Part shown: positions 19,299 to 29,186 of the stretch, piece by piece
How positions within the stretch are numbered: position 1 is the first letter of the stretch
Layout: every line of letters starts with the position of its first letter
DNA from: Burkholderiaceae bacterium
GTDB lineage: Bacteria; Pseudomonadota; Gammaproteobacteria; Burkholderiales; Burkholderiaceae_C
Assembly (NCBI GenBank): GCA_004299095.1
Contig: SCQQ01000014.1
Location: 14,530-78,529 of the forward strand
Length of the DNA: 64,000 bases
Direction of reading: 5' to 3'
The notes under the pieces: generated by a model
Told to the model about the DNA's origin: nothing
Seen by the model: the letters and a program-made list of their open reading frames with translations, nothing else
Databases searched by the model: none
Program-made: the position numbers and the translations under genes

Positions 19299-19769
19299 TC
19301 AGAGGAAGTGATCCAGCAGTTTGCGGCTGGCCCGGTCCATCCGATCGAGGTCGCGAATCAGATACTGCACGCCGTGGGCGTCGTTGATGAGCAGCATGCC
19401 GGGCGCCATGCGGTGGATGTGCTCTTCGCCCATCAGCATGAAGCGCGTGGGGCCGCGATCGGTCTCCACGTCCCAGTTGCTTGGCGTGGCGTAGCTCGAC
19501 ACCGATTTCAGGCGCTCGATGACCGGCATGAATTCGCGCTGCGCCAGCGCTTCGGCGACCAGCGCGCGCTGCGCTTCGGGCAAGTCGCTCAAGCGCGCGA
19601 GCCATGCGAGCTCATGACCCTCCGCATCCAGCACGCTCAACCCCTCGTCCGGCGCGGCCAGCGGGAACGCGCGCACCGGCACCACGTCGACGTGCTCGCG
19701 GCCCTCCGCGTCCATCAGGACCAGGCGCCCGAAAGCATCGCGCTTCAGGGCGCGGATCGATGCGTTCAT
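19299..19769 (-). CDS. DUF1854 family protein (the family annotated as cyanophycin-metabolism-associated)
   Basis: MNASIRALKRDAFGRLVLMDAEGREHVDVVPVRAFPLAAPDEGLSVLDAEGHELAWL...PSNWDVETDRGPTRFML. ATG 19769 overlaps the ABC gene stop (ATGA). Confidence 0.75.
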   Translation of the reverse strand: MNASIRALKRDAFGRLVLMDAEGREHVDVVPVRAFPLAAPDEGLSVLDAEGHELAWLARLSDLPEAQRALVAEALAQREFMPVIERLKSVSSYATPSNWDVETDRGPTRFMLMGEEHIHRMAPGMLLINDAHGVQYLIRDLDRMDRASRKLLDHFL

Positions 19770-22066
19770 GACTGCACCTCGGCCCGCGCAGGGCGCGTGC
19801 TCTCGGCGGCGCCGCGCGTGAATTCCCACTGCGCCTGCTGCTGCCGGTTCTGCGCTTCGTACAAGCGCCAATAGGTGCCGCGCTGAGCCAGCAGTTCGTC
19901 GTGCGTGCCCTCTTCCACCTTGTGGCCTTCGTCCAGCACGATCAGGCGATCGGCCTTGCGCAGCGTGGACAAGCGGTGCGCAATGGCGATGGTGGTGCGG
20001 CCGCGCACCAGGTTGTCGAGCGCCTTCTGGATTTCGCGCTCGGTCTCGGCGTCGACCGACGCGGTGGCTTCGTCCAGGATCAGGATGCGCGGGTTGACCA
20101 GCAAGGCGCGCGCGATGCTCACGCGCTGGCGCTCGCCGCCCGACAGGCCCTGGCCGCGCTCGCCCACGAGCGAGTCATAGCCTTGCGGCAGCCGCAGGAT
20201 GAATTCGTGCGCGTGCGCCGCGCGCGCGGCCGCCACGATTTCCGCGCGTGTCGCGTCGGGCTTGCCATAGGCGATGTTTTCCGCCACGGTGCCGAAGAAC
20301 AGGAACGGCTCCTGCAGCACCAGGCCAATATGGCGCCGGAAATCGGTCACGGCCACCTGGCGCACGTCCACGCCGTCGATCAGGATGGCGCCTTCGGCCA
20401 CGTCGTAGAAGCGGCAAATCAAATTGACCAGCGTGCTCTTGCCCGCGCCGCTGTGGCCCACCAGACCAATCATTTCGCCCGGCGCGATGTCCAGATCCAG
20501 ATGCTCGATGGTGCTGCGGTTGCCGTAGCGAAAGCTCACGTCGCGCAGCGTGATGCGCCCTTCCACCTGCGGCAGCGCCACCGGGTGGGCCGGCTCGGGC
20601 ACATTCGAGACGTGGTCCAGGATTTCGAAAATGCGCTTGGTGCCCGACGCCGCTTTCTGCGTGACCGAGACGATGCGGCTCATCGAATCAAGCCGCGTGT
20701 AGAAGCGGCCGATATACGCCAGAAACGCGGTCAGCACCCCGACAGTGATCTGGTGGCGACTCACCAGCCAGATGCCGAACGCCCAGACGATCAGCAGGCC
20801 GATCTCAGTCAGCAGCGTGACGGTGGGTGCAAACAGCGACCACAAGCGGTTCAGGCGGTCGTTGGCCGCCAGGTTGCGCCGGTTGGCGACGTGAAAGCGC
20901 TGCGTTTCGCGCGCTTCCTGCGCGAACGCCTTGACCACGCGGATGCCGGGGATGGTGTCGGCCAGCACGTTGGTCACTTCGGACCAGACGCGGTCGATTT
21001 TCTCGAAGCCGGTGCGCAGCCGGTCGCGCACCTGGTGGATCATCCAGGCGATGACCGGCAGCGGCGCGAGCGTCACCAGGGCGAGCGACGGGTTGATGGA
21101 AAACAGGATGATCGACGTCATGGCGATCATCAGCACGTCGGTGGCGAAGTCGAGCAGGTGCAGCGACAGGAACACGTTGATGCGATCGGTTTCCGAGCCG
21201 ATGCGCGCCATCAGTTCGCCGGTGCGGCGGCGGCCGAAATACTCGAGCGAAAGGCCGAGCAGGTGCTCGTAGGTGGCGGTGCGCAAATCGAGCCCGATGC
21301 GCTCGGACACCAGCGCCAGGATGTAGGTCTTGATCCACCCGAGCCCCCACGCCAGCACCGCCGAGCCCAGCAGCCCCGCGAGCAGCCAGGCCACGTAGTG
21401 CACATTGATGGGCTTGCCGTCCTGGAACGGAATCAGCACGTCGTCCATCAGCGGCATGGTGAGATACGGCGGCACCAGCGTGGCCGCGGTGCTGCACAGC
21501 GTGAGCACGAAGCCCGCCAGCAGGCGCCAGCGGTACGGGCGGGCAAAGCGCCACAAGCGCAGCAAGGTCCAGGCAGATGGCGGCTTTTCTTCGGCCGCGG
21601 CATCGGACGGGATGGCGCCCCCTGCTTCGATCGAAGCGACGTCTGCGGCTTCGGACGCCGGCGCCGCGCGCGGGCTGAAGCCGGTGGCAAGATCGGCCTG
21701 CGCCGCCTGGAACGCCCGCACCAGTTGCTGCGCGGCGCGGTTCAATCCCAGCGTGTAATGCCAGCTCGCCATCCGTCCGGCGGTATCGCACAGCTCCAGC
21801 GTGCCGACGCCCGCGTGATCGGAAAGCAACAGATTGGAACTCGGAGACAAATCCCAAGTCTCCCACGCACCTTCGTTTCCGGAGCGCGCGATAATTCGCC
21901 GATTCGTCACCACGACCCAGCCGTTTGCAAAATACCGATCAGCGTTCAGGTCAGCGTTCAACGCGCCTTTCACGCTTTCTGACGCGTCCAGCGGCAGATC
22001 GCGCGGCGCACGCTGAGGGGCCCCGGCTGCTGCGGGGTCAAGGGCAAGAGATACGGGCTGCGGCAT
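19766..22066 (-). CDS. ABC exporter, fused TMD-NBD half-transporter with an extra cytoplasmic N-terminal domain of about 165 aa
   Basis: Six-helix type-I exporter TMD. Walker A GHSGAGKST, signature LSGGERQR, Walker B ILILDEATS. The N-terminal extension contains YFANGWVVVTNRRIIARS...GTLELCD (PH/GRAM-like by eye). The start is uncertain (ATG 22066 or GTG 22120). Confidence 0.85.
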   Translation of the reverse strand: MPQPVSLALDPAAAGAPQRAPRDLPLDASESVKGALNADLNADRYFANGWVVVTNRRIIARSGNEGAWETWDLSPSSNLLLSDHAGVGTLELCDTAGRMASWHYTLGLNRAAQQLVRAFQAAQADLATGFSPRAAPASEAADVASIEAGGAIPSDAAAEEKPPSAWTLLRLWRFARPYRWRLLAGFVLTLCSTAATLVPPYLTMPLMDDVLIPFQDGKPINVHYVAWLLAGLLGSAVLAWGLGWIKTYILALVSERIGLDLRTATYEHLLGLSLEYFGRRRTGELMARIGSETDRINVFLSLHLLDFATDVLMIAMTSIILFSINPSLALVTLAPLPVIAWMIHQVRDRLRTGFEKIDRVWSEVTNVLADTIPGIRVVKAFAQEARETQRFHVANRRNLAANDRLNRLWSLFAPTVTLLTEIGLLIVWAFGIWLVSRHQITVGVLTAFLAYIGRFYTRLDSMSRIVSVTQKAASGTKRIFEILDHVSNVPEPAHPVALPQVEGRITLRDVSFRYGNRSTIEHLDLDIAPGEMIGLVGHSGAGKSTLVNLICRFYDVAEGAILIDGVDVRQVAVTDFRRHIGLVLQEPFLFFGTVAENIAYGKPDATRAEIVAAARAAHAHEFILRLPQGYDSLVGERGQGLSGGERQRVSIARALLVNPRILILDEATASVDAETEREIQKALDNLVRGRTTIAIAHRLSTLRKADRLIVLDEGHKVEEGTHDELLAQRGTYWRLYEAQNRQQQAQWEFTRGAAESTRPARAEVQS

Positions 22067-22150
22067 AAATGCGAGGAAGCGGGCGCGTGTCCGGGTGCTC
22101 CCGGATTGCTGGCTCAGCACACCATTTCAGAAAAACAATCACGCTTCGCG

Positions 22151-24433
22151 ATGAATTCCATTGAATCTGGCGCAAGCCGCGAGAGTGGCGGGCGCAAATT
22201 GTATCCAGCGGTCGATGCCGCCGTCGCCGAGTCGAAGGGCGAGCAAGCAGGGCATCCGTCATTCAGCGACATCGCCATCCGGCGCATGACTTTCCTGGGC
22301 GGCCCCAACATGTGGACTTACCGCCCGGTGATCGAAGCCATCATCGATCTGGGTGCGCTGGAAGACTACCCGTCCAACAAGCTGCCGGGTTTCGTCGACC
22401 GACTGCTGGCGTGGCTGCCCTCGCTGGTGGAACACCGCTGCAGCGTGGGCGAGCGCGGCGGCTTCATCGAGCGCTTGCGCGAGGGCACTTGGGCCGGCCA
22501 CATCCTGGAACATGTGACGCTGGAACTGCAAACCCTGGCCGGCATGAAGTCCGGCTTTGGCCGCACGCGCGAAACGCACCAGCGCGGCGTCTACAAGCTG
22601 GTGTTTCGCACCGACCACCCCGCCGTCGGCCGACCGGCGCTGGAGCGCGGACGCGATCTCCTCATGGCCGCCATCAACGGCCATTCGTTTGATGTGAACG
22701 CGGCCGTCAAGGAACTCGCCGTTCTGGTCGATCGTTATGCGATGGGACCCAGCACCCTGTGCATCGTAGAAGCAGCGCGCAAGCGCGGTATTCCGGCCAC
22801 GCGGCTGAACGACGGCAACCTGGTGCAACTGGGCTACGGCCGGTCGCAGCGCCGTATCTGGACGGCCGAAACTGACCAGACCAGCGCCATTGCCGACGAA
22901 ATCTCGCGCGACAAGGACTTGACCAAGCGCCTGCTGGCAGAAGCCGGCGTGCCCGTGCCCGAAGGCGAGACAGTGGAAACGGCCGACGCGGCCTGGGAAG
23001 CGGCCGAAGACATCGGCTTGCCCGTGGTCGTCAAGCCGTCCGACGGCAACCATGCACGCGGTGTTTCGCTCAACCTGAAAACGCGCGAGCAAGTCGCCAA
23101 CGCCTTTGCCGCCGCCGAGCGTGAGGGCTCAGGCGTGATCGTCGAGCGCTACATCGAAGGCGACGAACACCGCCTGCTGGTGGTCGGCGACAAGGTCGTG
23201 GCCGCCACGCGCGGCGAAGTGGTCAGTGTCCGGGGCGACGGCAAGTCGACGATTGCGGACTTGATCGCCATCCAGATCAACACCGATCCGCGGCGCGGCA
23301 ACGCCGAAACCTTTCCGCTGGAGCCGCTGCGCGCCGACGACCCGGTGCTCACGCTGATCCTGCAGAGCCAACACCTGACCAGCGCCAGCGTCCTGGCGGC
23401 GGATCAGATGGCGACGGTCCAGCGCACCGGCAACATGGATATCGACGTGACCGGCGAGGTTCACCCGCTGGTGGCAGCTCGGGCCACGCTCGCGGCGCGC
23501 ACCGTCGGCCTCGACATCGCGGGCATCGACCTGGTGGCGCAAGACATCGGCCAGCCACTGGAAACACAGGGCGGCGCGGTGGTCGAAGTCAATGCCGGCC
23601 CGGGGCTGCTGATGCACCTCAAGCCGGCGCACGGCAAGCCCGAACCCGTGGGTGAAGCCATCGCAGCGCACCTGTTTCCGGCAGGCGACAGCGGCCGAAT
23701 CCCGGTGGTAGGCATCGTCGACGGCGCGCAGGATGCGCTCACGGCCCGGCTGTTGAACGACTTGCTGTTGCTGCACGGCTGGCGCACCGGTTTGGCCTGC
23801 CGGACGGGCACATCGCTCGGCGCGCGCCAACTGAATGCCGTCGACGCCACTGGCTTCGATACCGCTCAGGCTGTTTTGATCAACCGCACCGTGCAGGCGG
23901 CGGTGATCGCAACTTCGGCGCGCCGCATCCTCGCCGAAGGCCTGCCCTACGACCGCTGCCAGATCGGCATCGTGGTGGCCATGCCCGCCGCGCAAGGCCT
24001 GGAGGACTTGTTCATCACACGCGCGGAACAAATGCCCGGCGTGATCCGCACCCAGGTCGACGTGGTGCTGCCCGGTGGCGCGGCGATCCTGAATGCGGAC
24101 GACGCCGGCGTGCTGGCACTGGCGGAATATTGCGACGGTGAAGTGATTTTGTTCGGTACACAGCCCGAACGGGACGCACTGGTGGCGCACCGCGCCGCCG
24201 GCGGCCGCGCCGTGCTGGCGCGCCACGGCCACATCATTCTGGCCAGCGGCGCACAGGAAGAAGTCCTGGTGGAACTCTCCAACGCCGCGCTGTTGCAGGC
24301 CACGCCCGCCGGGCCGCAAGATCTGCGACCGCAAGTGCTGGCCGCGACTGCGGCTGCGTGGTCGCTCGGCGTGGCGCCGCGCCTGATCCACGCGGGGCTG
24401 CTGCACTTCAACGAAGGCAGCGCCGACTGCTGA
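22151..24433 (+). CDS. Cyanophycin synthetase paralog (CphA'-type): intact ATP-grasp domain, degenerate and C-terminally truncated Mur-ligase-like domain
   Basis: N domain LGGPNMWTYRPVIEAIIDL. ATP-grasp motifs VVKPSDGNHARGV, ERYIEGDEHRLLVVG, IAGIDLV, VVEVNAGPGL. The position of the Mur-ligase P-loop reads GIVDGAQDALT instead of GTNGKTT. The protein ends before the DYGHNP motif. The start is uncertain (ATG 22151; TTG 22106 or TTG 22199 possible). Confidence 0.85.
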   Translation: MNSIESGASRESGGRKLYPAVDAAVAESKGEQAGHPSFSDIAIRRMTFLGGPNMWTYRPVIEAIIDLGALEDYPSNKLPGFVDRLLAWLPSLVEHRCSVGERGGFIERLREGTWAGHILEHVTLELQTLAGMKSGFGRTRETHQRGVYKLVFRTDHPAVGRPALERGRDLLMAAINGHSFDVNAAVKELAVLVDRYAMGPSTLCIVEAARKRGIPATRLNDGNLVQLGYGRSQRRIWTAETDQTSAIADEISRDKDLTKRLLAEAGVPVPEGETVETADAAWEAAEDIGLPVVVKPSDGNHARGVSLNLKTREQVANAFAAAEREGSGVIVERYIEGDEHRLLVVGDKVVAATRGEVVSVRGDGKSTIADLIAIQINTDPRRGNAETFPLEPLRADDPVLTLILQSQHLTSASVLAADQMATVQRTGNMDIDVTGEVHPLVAARATLAARTVGLDIAGIDLVAQDIGQPLETQGGAVVEVNAGPGLLMHLKPAHGKPEPVGEAIAAHLFPAGDSGRIPVVGIVDGAQDALTARLLNDLLLLHGWRTGLACRTGTSLGARQLNAVDATGFDTAQAVLINRTVQAAVIATSARRILAEGLPYDRCQIGIVVAMPAAQGLEDLFITRAEQMPGVIRTQVDVVLPGGAAILNADDAGVLALAEYCDGEVILFGTQPERDALVAHRAAGGRAVLARHGHIILASGAQEEVLVELSNAALLQATPAGPQDLRPQVLAATAAAWSLGVAPRLIHAGLLHFNEGSADC

Positions 24434-24492
24434 GCCTCCACGCGTTCCGGTCCATCCCGTTTTCCAATCACCGACCCTCGGTCTTATTCCCC

Positions 24493-27102
24493 ATGGAAGT
24501 GACACGTATCCGCGCGCTGCGCGGCCCCAATCTGTGGACTCGCCACACCGCCATTGAAGGCATCGTGAATTGCGCTCCGTCGGAACTGGACCTGCACGCA
24601 ACGCCCGATTTCGAGCGCCGGCTGCGCGAGCTGTTTCCATCGGTGGGCGCGCTCTACGCGCCGCATCGGGGCAGTCCGGTTTCGATGGCACACGCACTGG
24701 CGCTGACGGCACTGGCGCTGCAGGCCAAGGCCGGTTGCCCGGTGACTTTCAGCCGCACCACGGCCACCACCACGTCGGGTACGTTCCAAGTCGCCGTGCA
24801 ATACACGGTCGAGGACGTGGGGCGCCTCGCGTTCGAGAAAGCGCAGCAGTTGTGCCGCGCAGCCGCGGAAGGCACGCCGTTCGACACCACCGCGGTGCTG
24901 GCCGAACTGCACGAGCTGGACGGCAACAAACGCCTGGGGCCCTCCACCCGTTCCATCGTCGATGCGGCGGTGGCACGCGGCGTTCCGTATCGACGTCTCA
25001 CCAGCGGCAGCCTGGTGCGCTTTGGGTGGGGCCGCAAGCAGCGCTATATCCAGGCGGCCGAAATCGATCGCACCAGCGCCATTGCAGAATCGATCGCACA
25101 AGACAAGGATCTGACCAAAAAGCTGCTCTATGCCGCCGGCGTACCAGTGCCCATGGGCCGACCGGTCGGCAACGTGGAAGAAGCTTGGGCGGCCGCGCAG
25201 GCGCTTGGTTTTCCGGTGGTGGTGAAGCCCCAGGACAGCAACCAGGGCAAGGGCGTGACGGTTGGCGTCAGCACGCGCGAGCAGATGCAAGCCGCTTTTC
25301 CGGCGGCTGCGCTGCACGGCCACGTGATGGTCGAAAAATACCTGCCGGGGCACGATTTCCGCCTGCTGGTGGTGGGCAACCGGCTGGCGGCAGCGGCGCG
25401 CCGTGACCCGCCGCTGGTGATCGGCGATGGCGTGCACACGGTGCGTGCACTGATCGACGAGGTCAACAAGGACCCGCGCCGCGGCACCGGCCACGAAAGC
25501 TCACTCACGCAGATCCGCCTGAATTCAATCGCCGAAGCACGCCTGGCTTCGCAGGGCTTGACGCCGGATTCGATCCCCACACCGGGGCAGTGCGTGATCC
25601 TGCGCAACAACGCCAACCTTTCGACTGGCGGCACCGCCACCGACGTGACCGACAACGTCCATCCGGAAGTGGCGGCGCGCGCCATCGAGGCCGCGCAAAT
25701 GGTCGGGCTGGACATCTGCGGCGTCGACGTGGTGTGCGAAACCGTCAACAAGCCGCTGGAAGAGCAGCACGGCGGCATCGTCGAAGTGAACGCCGCGCCA
25801 GGCTTGCGCATGCACATCAGTCCCTCGTTCGGGCGCGGGCGCAACGTCGGCCGGGCGGTGGTCGAAACCTTGTTCCCGGAAGGCGAAAACGGCCGCATTC
25901 CGGTGGTTGCCATCACTGGCACCAATGGCAAGACCACCACGGTGCGCCTGGCGGCGCACCTGTTTGCCGCGCAAGGCCTGTGCGTCGGCATGACGAATAC
26001 CGACGGCATTTACATCGGTGACCACGAAATCGACACCGGCGACTGCTCCGGCCCGCAGAGCGCGCGCCGCGTGCTGGCGCACCCTGACGTCGACGTGGCC
26101 GTGCTGGAAACGGCGCGCGGCGGCATCCTGCGCGAAGGGCTGGCGTTCGACCGCTGCCAGGTGGGTGTGGTCACCAACATCGGCACCGGTGATCACTTGG
26201 GGTTGAACTACATCACCACGGTGGAAGACTTGTCGGTATTGAAACAGGTGGTGGTGCTGAACGTCGCGCCCACCGGTACCGCCGTGTTGAACGGCATGGA
26301 TCCATACGTTTCAAAAATGGCGTCGCACTGCCCCGGGAAAGTCATTTTCTTCGGCCGCGACATTCACCATCCGGTGATGGCCACGCACCGGGCACAAGGC
26401 AAGCGCGTGGTGTTCCGGGATGATGACGCGATCGTGTGCGCGCAAGGCGCGTTCAGCCATCGCCTGCCGCTCGCGCAAATCCCGCTCACGCACAACGGGT
26501 TGATCGGCTTTCAGGTCGACAACGCCATGGCCAGCATCGGCGCCGCGTGGGCGCTGGACACACCGTGGGATGCCATCGAGCGCGGACTGGCCACGTTCGT
26601 GAGCGATTCAGCCAGCGCGCCGGGCCGCTTCAACGTGTTCGATTACCGCGGCGCCACCATCATTGCCGATTACGGCCACAACCCGGACGCCATCGCCGCG
26701 CTGGTGCGCGCCACGCACGAAATGCCGGGCAACCGCCGTTCGGTGGTCATCAGCGGCGCCGGCGACCGGCGCGACCAAGACCTGCGCGCGCAGACTGAAA
26801 TCCTCGGCAACGCGTTCGACGACGTCTTTCTCTATCAGGATGCGTGCCAGCGCGGCCGCGCCGACGGCGAAGTGTTGACGCTGCTGCACCAGGGCCTGAA
26901 AAACGCCCGGCGCACGCGCAAGGTGGAGGAAATCCACGGTGAATTCATCGCCATCAATCACGCCATGGACCAACTGCAGCCGGGTGACCTGTGCCTGATC
27001 CTGGTCGATCAGGTGGATGAGGCGCTGGCGCTAATCAAGGAGCGCGTGGCGACAGCGCCCGAGCCGACTGCCACTGCAACGGGCACCACCGCCACCGTCT
27101 GA
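24493..27102 (+). CDS. cphA: Cyanophycin synthetase CphA (full length, 869 aa)
   Basis: MEVTRIRALRGPNLW N domain. ATP-grasp motifs VVVKPQDSNQGKGV and IVEVNAAPGLRMH. Mur-ligase P-loop ITGTNGKTTT (GTNGKTT at 25928-25948). DYGHNPDA motif. Confidence 0.92.
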   Translation: MEVTRIRALRGPNLWTRHTAIEGIVNCAPSELDLHATPDFERRLRELFPSVGALYAPHRGSPVSMAHALALTALALQAKAGCPVTFSRTTATTTSGTFQVAVQYTVEDVGRLAFEKAQQLCRAAAEGTPFDTTAVLAELHELDGNKRLGPSTRSIVDAAVARGVPYRRLTSGSLVRFGWGRKQRYIQAAEIDRTSAIAESIAQDKDLTKKLLYAAGVPVPMGRPVGNVEEAWAAAQALGFPVVVKPQDSNQGKGVTVGVSTREQMQAAFPAAALHGHVMVEKYLPGHDFRLLVVGNRLAAAARRDPPLVIGDGVHTVRALIDEVNKDPRRGTGHESSLTQIRLNSIAEARLASQGLTPDSIPTPGQCVILRNNANLSTGGTATDVTDNVHPEVAARAIEAAQMVGLDICGVDVVCETVNKPLEEQHGGIVEVNAAPGLRMHISPSFGRGRNVGRAVVETLFPEGENGRIPVVAITGTNGKTTTVRLAAHLFAAQGLCVGMTNTDGIYIGDHEIDTGDCSGPQSARRVLAHPDVDVAVLETARGGILREGLAFDRCQVGVVTNIGTGDHLGLNYITTVEDLSVLKQVVVLNVAPTGTAVLNGMDPYVSKMASHCPGKVIFFGRDIHHPVMATHRAQGKRVVFRDDDAIVCAQGAFSHRLPLAQIPLTHNGLIGFQVDNAMASIGAAWALDTPWDAIERGLATFVSDSASAPGRFNVFDYRGATIIADYGHNPDAIAALVRATHEMPGNRRSVVISGAGDRRDQDLRAQTEILGNAFDDVFLYQDACQRGRADGEVLTLLHQGLKNARRTRKVEEIHGEFIAINHAMDQLQPGDLCLILVDQVDEALALIKERVATAPEPTATATGTTATV

Positions 27103-27175
27103 TACAGCAACAAGCTGCCGCGGCAGTCGCCACACGCGTACCGCCAGCGACGTGGCCCGGCCGGACCGCTGCCGA

Positions 27176-27724
27176 TCAGAAGCGATAGCGGTAGTAGATT
27201 TCGGTGAAGTTGATGCCCGGGTTGGGCGACTTGATGCTGGCGTTGGATTCGTGCTGGAAGCGCACGCCCACTGTCGACGCGCCCCATTGCCATCCCGCGC
27301 CCAGCATGTCGGCGAACTGGAACGCCGTGCTCATGGTGGTGTCAGGCGCCAGGTACGTGTGCGAAAGCAGCCGCACGCCAATGGACGCTTCGACGAAAAA
27401 GCCCGGCGCGCTGCCCGCGCCCGCGTGCTCCAGCCGGAAAACCGGCGAATAGCCGAATTCGATGATGTTGCGCGCATCGGGCACGTGCCAGTGCGCCAGT
27501 TCGACCTCATGGCGCAGCGCCAGGCGCCAATCCTGCCCCTGCCACAGCGGCGTGGGCTGAGTCCAACCCGCGATCATCCCGAGCTTCTTGATGTCGTGAC
27601 GCGAGGCATGCGCCGCGACCAACGTCAAATCGAGCGGCGCCGCCGACGCGGGCGCGCTCAAGCCCAACGCGGCAAACAACACGCTCGCCGCACCAAATGA
27701 AATGATTTTCTTGCCGTGCACCAT
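27176..27724 (-). CDS. pagL: Lipid A 3-O-deacylase PagL-like outer-membrane protein (acyloxyacyl hydrolase family)
   Basis: Signal peptide MVHGKKIISFGAASVLFAALGLSAPASA. Beta-barrel sequence with FQHESNASI (His/Ser catalytic region). Terminal aromatic residue ...YYRYRF. Confidence 0.75.
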   Translation of the reverse strand: MVHGKKIISFGAASVLFAALGLSAPASAAPLDLTLVAAHASRHDIKKLGMIAGWTQPTPLWQGQDWRLALRHEVELAHWHVPDARNIIEFGYSPVFRLEHAGAGSAPGFFVEASIGVRLLSHTYLAPDTTMSTAFQFADMLGAGWQWGASTVGVRFQHESNASIKSPNPGINFTEIYYRYRF

Positions 27725-27794
27725 CAACTCCCTGATTTGCGGCCGATGATACGACGAGGGTTCGACGATGCGAATGCGCGGCATGCGGACGCGC

Positions 27795-29129
27795 TCAACC
27801 CGGCTTGCCATCGGCCCGCGGCTTGCCATACCAGCCGGCAAAGCGCAGCCCCCACACCGTGACCACCAGCGCCCAGAGAAATGCCGCGGCCACGGTCCAG
27901 CTTATCGGCACGCTTTGAATCGCCGCCAGCAAGCGCACCAGCACCGTGATCTGCAGCAGCATGAACAGGCCCCAGGACAGCGCGTCGGCCACCAGCGGGC
28001 GGCCGCTGTGACCGCAGGTAACGCGCGTCACCATGGCCAGCATCAGCGAGCCCAGGAAGCCCATGGCCAGCGCGTGCAGCGCGCCGACGCCCAATACGGC
28101 ACTGCCGGTCGTGATCCACAGCACGCGGCCGAGCGCACTGTAGACCAGTGCGATGCCGAACCAGGAAAAGCCGATGTGCAGCATGGCCAGCAAGTGATCG
28201 CGCATGCTCCGCATCACGCCCCAGACCAGCGCCACCCAGAGCAAGGTGACGCCGATCACCACTTCGGCCAGCACGCACAGCCAAGTCCATGCCGGCCAGG
28301 CATTGGGTGAAGGCGCGAAATACGCGACCCACTCAGCCACCACCTCGAACGCCGCCACCCCCAGCATCATCCCGAGAATCCAGCGCGGCCGCCAAGCCGC
28401 GACCGACGGCACGACGTTGTGCGTGAAGTACGGAATCATGCGGTGCGCCACGGTGGAGAACACCACCACGATGAAACCCCAGAGCGCGCTCTGTACGAAC
28501 ACCAGCTCCAGCCCATCCTGGCCCAGCAACAGCGACACCGCCGCGCCACCCAGTCCGATGACGCCCACGAGGCCACCGCAGCCCACCGATAACCCATGCA
28601 TGCGGTCCGGTGCCTTGCTGAGGAGGACCAAGCGCCAGAACATGCCAAACATGCCGGCCAACCCCAGCCACGCCACGAACAACGCCGTGACCGCCAGGCC
28701 GCGGCCAGCAAACGCGCCGATGAGCCAGAGGATCCACCCGGCCAACTGCAACAGCAGCGGCGCCAGCAGTTGACGCGCCAAATACGGTGGCACGTTCAGC
28801 CACTTCGGCCCGGCGGTAAACAGAAAGCCCGAAAAAAACAGCGGCATGAAGCCGAACACCATGACCGTGCCGTGCGTGATGGTCGACGACAGCGCGTAAT
28901 GCAGTCCTAACGTGCCCGTGCTGCGATCCCACTGCACCACGAGCCACCAGAGGCTCGCGAGCACCAGAATCGTGACGGCGCAAAAGAAGCCGAGCCGATG
29001 GGGCGCCACCACCAGGCGTGCAACGCGCCAGCCTTGCGGCCCGGTCACGACCGGCGCCTTAAGTGCGACAGCCACCGGTTTGGCCGCAGTAGACTGGGCC
29101 GGTTGAATGGGAGTTTCGGGTGGGGCCAT
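27795..29129 (-). CDS. nnrS: NnrS family membrane protein (NO-response-associated haem/copper protein)
   Basis: 444 aa with about 12 TM spans. Conserved His-rich NnrS pattern (APHRLGFF..., HAL...GF, HSGRPL). Confidence 0.8.
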   Translation of the reverse strand: MAPPETPIQPAQSTAAKPVAVALKAPVVTGPQGWRVARLVVAPHRLGFFCAVTILVLASLWWLVVQWDRSTGTLGLHYALSSTITHGTVMVFGFMPLFFSGFLFTAGPKWLNVPPYLARQLLAPLLLQLAGWILWLIGAFAGRGLAVTALFVAWLGLAGMFGMFWRLVLLSKAPDRMHGLSVGCGGLVGVIGLGGAAVSLLLGQDGLELVFVQSALWGFIVVVFSTVAHRMIPYFTHNVVPSVAAWRPRWILGMMLGVAAFEVVAEWVAYFAPSPNAWPAWTWLCVLAEVVIGVTLLWVALVWGVMRSMRDHLLAMLHIGFSWFGIALVYSALGRVLWITTGSAVLGVGALHALAMGFLGSLMLAMVTRVTCGHSGRPLVADALSWGLFMLLQITVLVRLLAAIQSVPISWTVAAAFLWALVVTVWGLRFAGWYGKPRADGKPG

Positions 29130-29186
29130 GGAATCGAAAAAATGCTTGAATGAACCGCGTCTTCTGCGGCATGCGCCGCAAAGCGG

